This document shows positions 61,452 to 64,000 of a stretch of 64,000 nucleotides of DNA, one piece after another. The DNA lies in assembly GCA_963805945.1 (NCBI GenBank), contig CAWDVP010000002.1, forward strand, positions 640,001 to 704,000, read 5' to 3'. This stretch comes from Vulcanimicrobiota bacterium (lineage in GTDB: Bacteria > Vulcanimicrobiota > Vulcanimicrobiia > Eremiobacterales > Eremiobacteraceae). A model generated the notes under the pieces. That model was given only the letters and a program-made list of their open reading frames with translations, searched no databases and was not told the DNA's origin. The position numbers and the translations under genes were made by a program. Every line of letters starts with the position of its first letter. Position 1 is the stretch's first letter.

Positions 61452-62868
61452 ATGAAAGCTCGCACGCAACCCGCGCCGCGCAAAGAACGCGGCCTGTACG
61501 ACCAGACCCTCGACGTGCTCTCCAACGTCATGTTCCCGGTCGTCGTGTTCTTGGTGTGGGCCGCGTTCACCATCGTCGGCACGAGCGTCGACCAGAACCA
61601 AGCGCCCGAGCAATACTATCAAGAGTACCCGGCCGCCATGGCCAACGCGATCCTGCGCCTGCATCTCACCAACGTCTTCCACTCGTGGCCCTATCTCGCG
61701 CTCGTGCTGCTGCTGCTGCTCTCGATGGCGGTATGCACCTTCCGGCGCGTCATCCCGAAGCGCTTTCCCAAAGACCGCGCGCTCGCGATCGAGAACCTCG
61801 GCCTGTACGCCTCGCGCGAGTCGACGCTCGGTTTCGAGCAGACCTGCGATGCCGTCGATGAGTTCGCAAGCGCGCGCGGTTTCGCGGTGCGCCCGCAAGA
61901 GATCGACGGCACGCATTGGCTCTTCGCCGACAAGCACAAATGGGCGCGCTACGGGGTGCTCGTCGCGCACGTCGGCTTCGCCGTCATCTCGATCGGCGTG
62001 TTCTTGGGCTGGCTCGCGGGCTATAAGGGCGAGATGCAGCTCTACACCGGGCAGACCGCCACGATCGAGCAGGCGGGGCTCGACGTCACGCTGCGGCGCT
62101 TCATCGGGCGCTTCGAGCCGGTGTCGACCAAGAACGGCGTGATGTATCAGGCCAAGCTCTTCCAATCCGACCTGCGCATCGCCGATGCGAACGGCGCGCA
62201 AGAGACCAATGTCATCGTCAACCATCCGTATGTCTCCAGCGGCCACGTGTATCTGTATCAGGCGTCGTACGGCTTCGGCGGCAATCTCGCGTTCCAGCGC
62301 AACGGCACGCCGGTGACGCTGACCAAAGAGCCCGGCCGGCTCGCGCCGGGCGACTCGATTTTGTTGCCGGGCACGAGCCGTGCGGTCGAGTACGCGACGA
62401 TGCTCGGCCCGTCGGATCCGTCGCAGACGCCGAGCGGCGTCGCGGTGCCGGCGCACGACACGTACGCGCTGTGGGTCATCCACGACAACATTCCGACGAC
62501 CGATCGACCCGTGCTGCTGCAAGTCGGCAGGACCTTCGACGCGGGCGACGGCTACACGATCACCGCGCTGCCGCCGATCGCGTGGTCGGGCCTCACCGTA
62601 TCGCTACGATCCGGGCGAGGCGTGGGTCGGCATCGGCGCGCTCATCCTCACGCTCGGCTTCGTCATGTCGCTCATGTTCATGCCGATCAAGCTGTACGCG
62701 CGCGTGCGCAAGGGCGAGCGCGGGCCGCTCGTCGATATCGCCGCCACGACGACGAAGGGCAACGCGATGTATGAGGATGAATTCGCCTCGATGGTGAAGC
62801 GGTTGGAAGATCGGCTCTCGCGGCCCTCGCCCGGAACCGCGCCTGAAACGGTGAACGCCTTTGCCTAA
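61452..62868 (+). CDS. resB: Cytochrome c biogenesis protein ResB/CcsB, frameshift near 62598
   Basis: IVGTSVDQN, NVFHSWPY, VCTFRR, VAHVG, VNHP, YQASYG; YRYDPG plus TM helix in next frame. Confidence 0.9.
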
Positions 62869-63808
62869 CTACACGCAGTACAACACCAATACCGCTGCCG
62901 TCATGGACGCGCACGTCGCGGCGTACATGGCATGGTACGAAGCGGCCGTCATGCTGTACTTCGTCGCGGCCATCATCTTCGCCGTCTACTGGTTCATCCG
63001 CAACTGGAGCGTGCTCGGCGCGGGGGTGGTCGTCGCGTCCATCGGCATCATCGCGCAGATCGTGAGCCTCGGCCTGCGCTGGGGCTATAGCCAGCACGTG
63101 CCGTGGAACGATCTCTACGGCTCGCTGTCGGTGGTGTCGCTGTTCACCGCGGTCATCTTCTTGATCTACGGCTTCCGCTATCAGATCTGGTTCGCGGCGC
63201 CGTTCGCCTTCCTCGTGTCCGACGGGCTGCTCGCGTACGCCAAGGGCTGGAACAAAGGGCTCGAGCCGCTCGTGCCGTCGCTGCAGAGCAGCTGGATCTA
63301 CATCCACGTGCCGGTCGTGCTCGCGTCGTACGCGGCATTCCTCATCGGCGCGGTGCTCAGCGTCATCTATCTATTGAAGAAGAACGACGAGGACCGCACT
63401 TTGCGCATGGCAGGCCAGTCGGTCGGCGCGGCCGTCTCGGCGCAGACCGCCGAGCTGGGCGCGCCAAGGCCGCTGTGGCTGCGCTGGCTCGACAGCGTGC
63501 CCGCATCGACGAGGCTCGACGTCGCAGCGTATCGCGTGAATTCGGTCGGCGAGATCCTGCTCACCGCCGGCATCATCCTCGGCGCGCTATGGGCGCACGT
63601 CGCCTGGGGCAGTTACTGGCAGTGGGATCCCAAGGAGACCGCCGCGCTCACCAACTGGATCGTGTACGCGGCGTACGTGCATCTGCACACGCGGCCGTCG
63701 ATGCGCGGCACGGTGGCGGCCTGGGTGTCGATCGCGGGCTTCCTCACCGTGCTGTTCAGCTACTTCGCGGTCAACATCGTCATCAGCGGGTTGCACTCGT
63801 ACAAATAA
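62861..63808 (+). CDS. ccsA: Cytochrome c biogenesis protein CcsA/ResC
   Basis: PSLQSSWIYIHV, WAHVAWGSYWQWDPKET, YVHLH, GLHSY. Confidence 0.96.
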   Translation: MPNYTQYNTNTAAVMDAHVAAYMAWYEAAVMLYFVAAIIFAVYWFIRNWSVLGAGVVVASIGIIAQIVSLGLRWGYSQHVPWNDLYGSLSVVSLFTAVIFLIYGFRYQIWFAAPFAFLVSDGLLAYAKGWNKGLEPLVPSLQSSWIYIHVPVVLASYAAFLIGAVLSVIYLLKKNDEDRTLRMAGQSVGAAVSAQTAELGAPRPLWLRWLDSVPASTRLDVAAYRVNSVGEILLTAGIILGALWAHVAWGSYWQWDPKETAALTNWIVYAAYVHLHTRPSMRGTVAAWVSIAGFLTVLFSYFAVNIVISGLHSYK

Positions 63809-63823
63809 GCGGCGCCGCCCTAC

Positions 63824-64000
63824 TCACAGCAAGCGCAGTTCCGCCAATAGCCGGGCCACCTTCGCCACGCTTTGGGTACTTGGCGCGGCGCTGATATTTC
63901 TGCTTTGATTGCATAGCTTGTGAGCTAACCGCAGGTCGCTCAGCTCTCCCCTTCGACCGCCTCTTGAGATGGGTACTATGTGATCCACGGTTGGCGCGCA
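63824..64000 (-). CDS. HNH endonuclease, C-terminal part (start beyond window)
   Basis: Manual translation CAPTVDHIVPISRGGRRGELSDLRLAHKLCNQSRN...ELRLL*; lower GC than neighbours. Confidence 0.8.
   Translation of the reverse strand, partial: CAPTVDHIVPISRGGRRGELSDLRLAHKLCNQSRNISAAPSTQSVAKVARLLAELRLL

Overview
GC-rich bacterial chromosome segment, mostly housekeeping and accessory metabolism. Gram-positive-type LexA box, SigB-type promoters, ResB/CcsA and a stalk-domain protein suggest Terrabacteria; Ca. Eremiobacterota/Vulcanimicrobiota is only a guess. Gene order: selB-selA-trxA-gyrA (minus); tsaE-tsaB-rimI-yqeK-rsfS plus small ORFs; arsR-arsI-arsC-aquaporin; a PadR-headed beta-oxidation/ETF operon with a divergent CoA ligase; two TMEM175 genes around a ~1.3 kb corrupted G/T-rich stretch; MsrPQ-like pair, redoxin, FkbM, RND pump; comEA/leuS/comEC; Sqr-like and several secreted proteins; twin acyltransferases; rsmI-TSUP-metG-tatD; PLD, menG-polyprenyl synthase-tatAC-resB-ccsA; and the end of an HNH gene. 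Several genes, including essential leuS, are frameshifted, most likely from long-read errors. Best novelty candidate: three paralogous 22-aa hydrophobic peptides ending GHLxL, absent from the ORF track. Each has a Shine-Dalgarno inside a hairpin loop. Two are in tandem behind a LexA-type box and divergent from comEC, and one follows a consensus SigB-type promoter. Also notable are two REP-like palindrome families, one copy in-frame inside etfB, and a ferredoxin-fused degenerate EtfA. All calls come from reading motifs by eye; no database searches were run.
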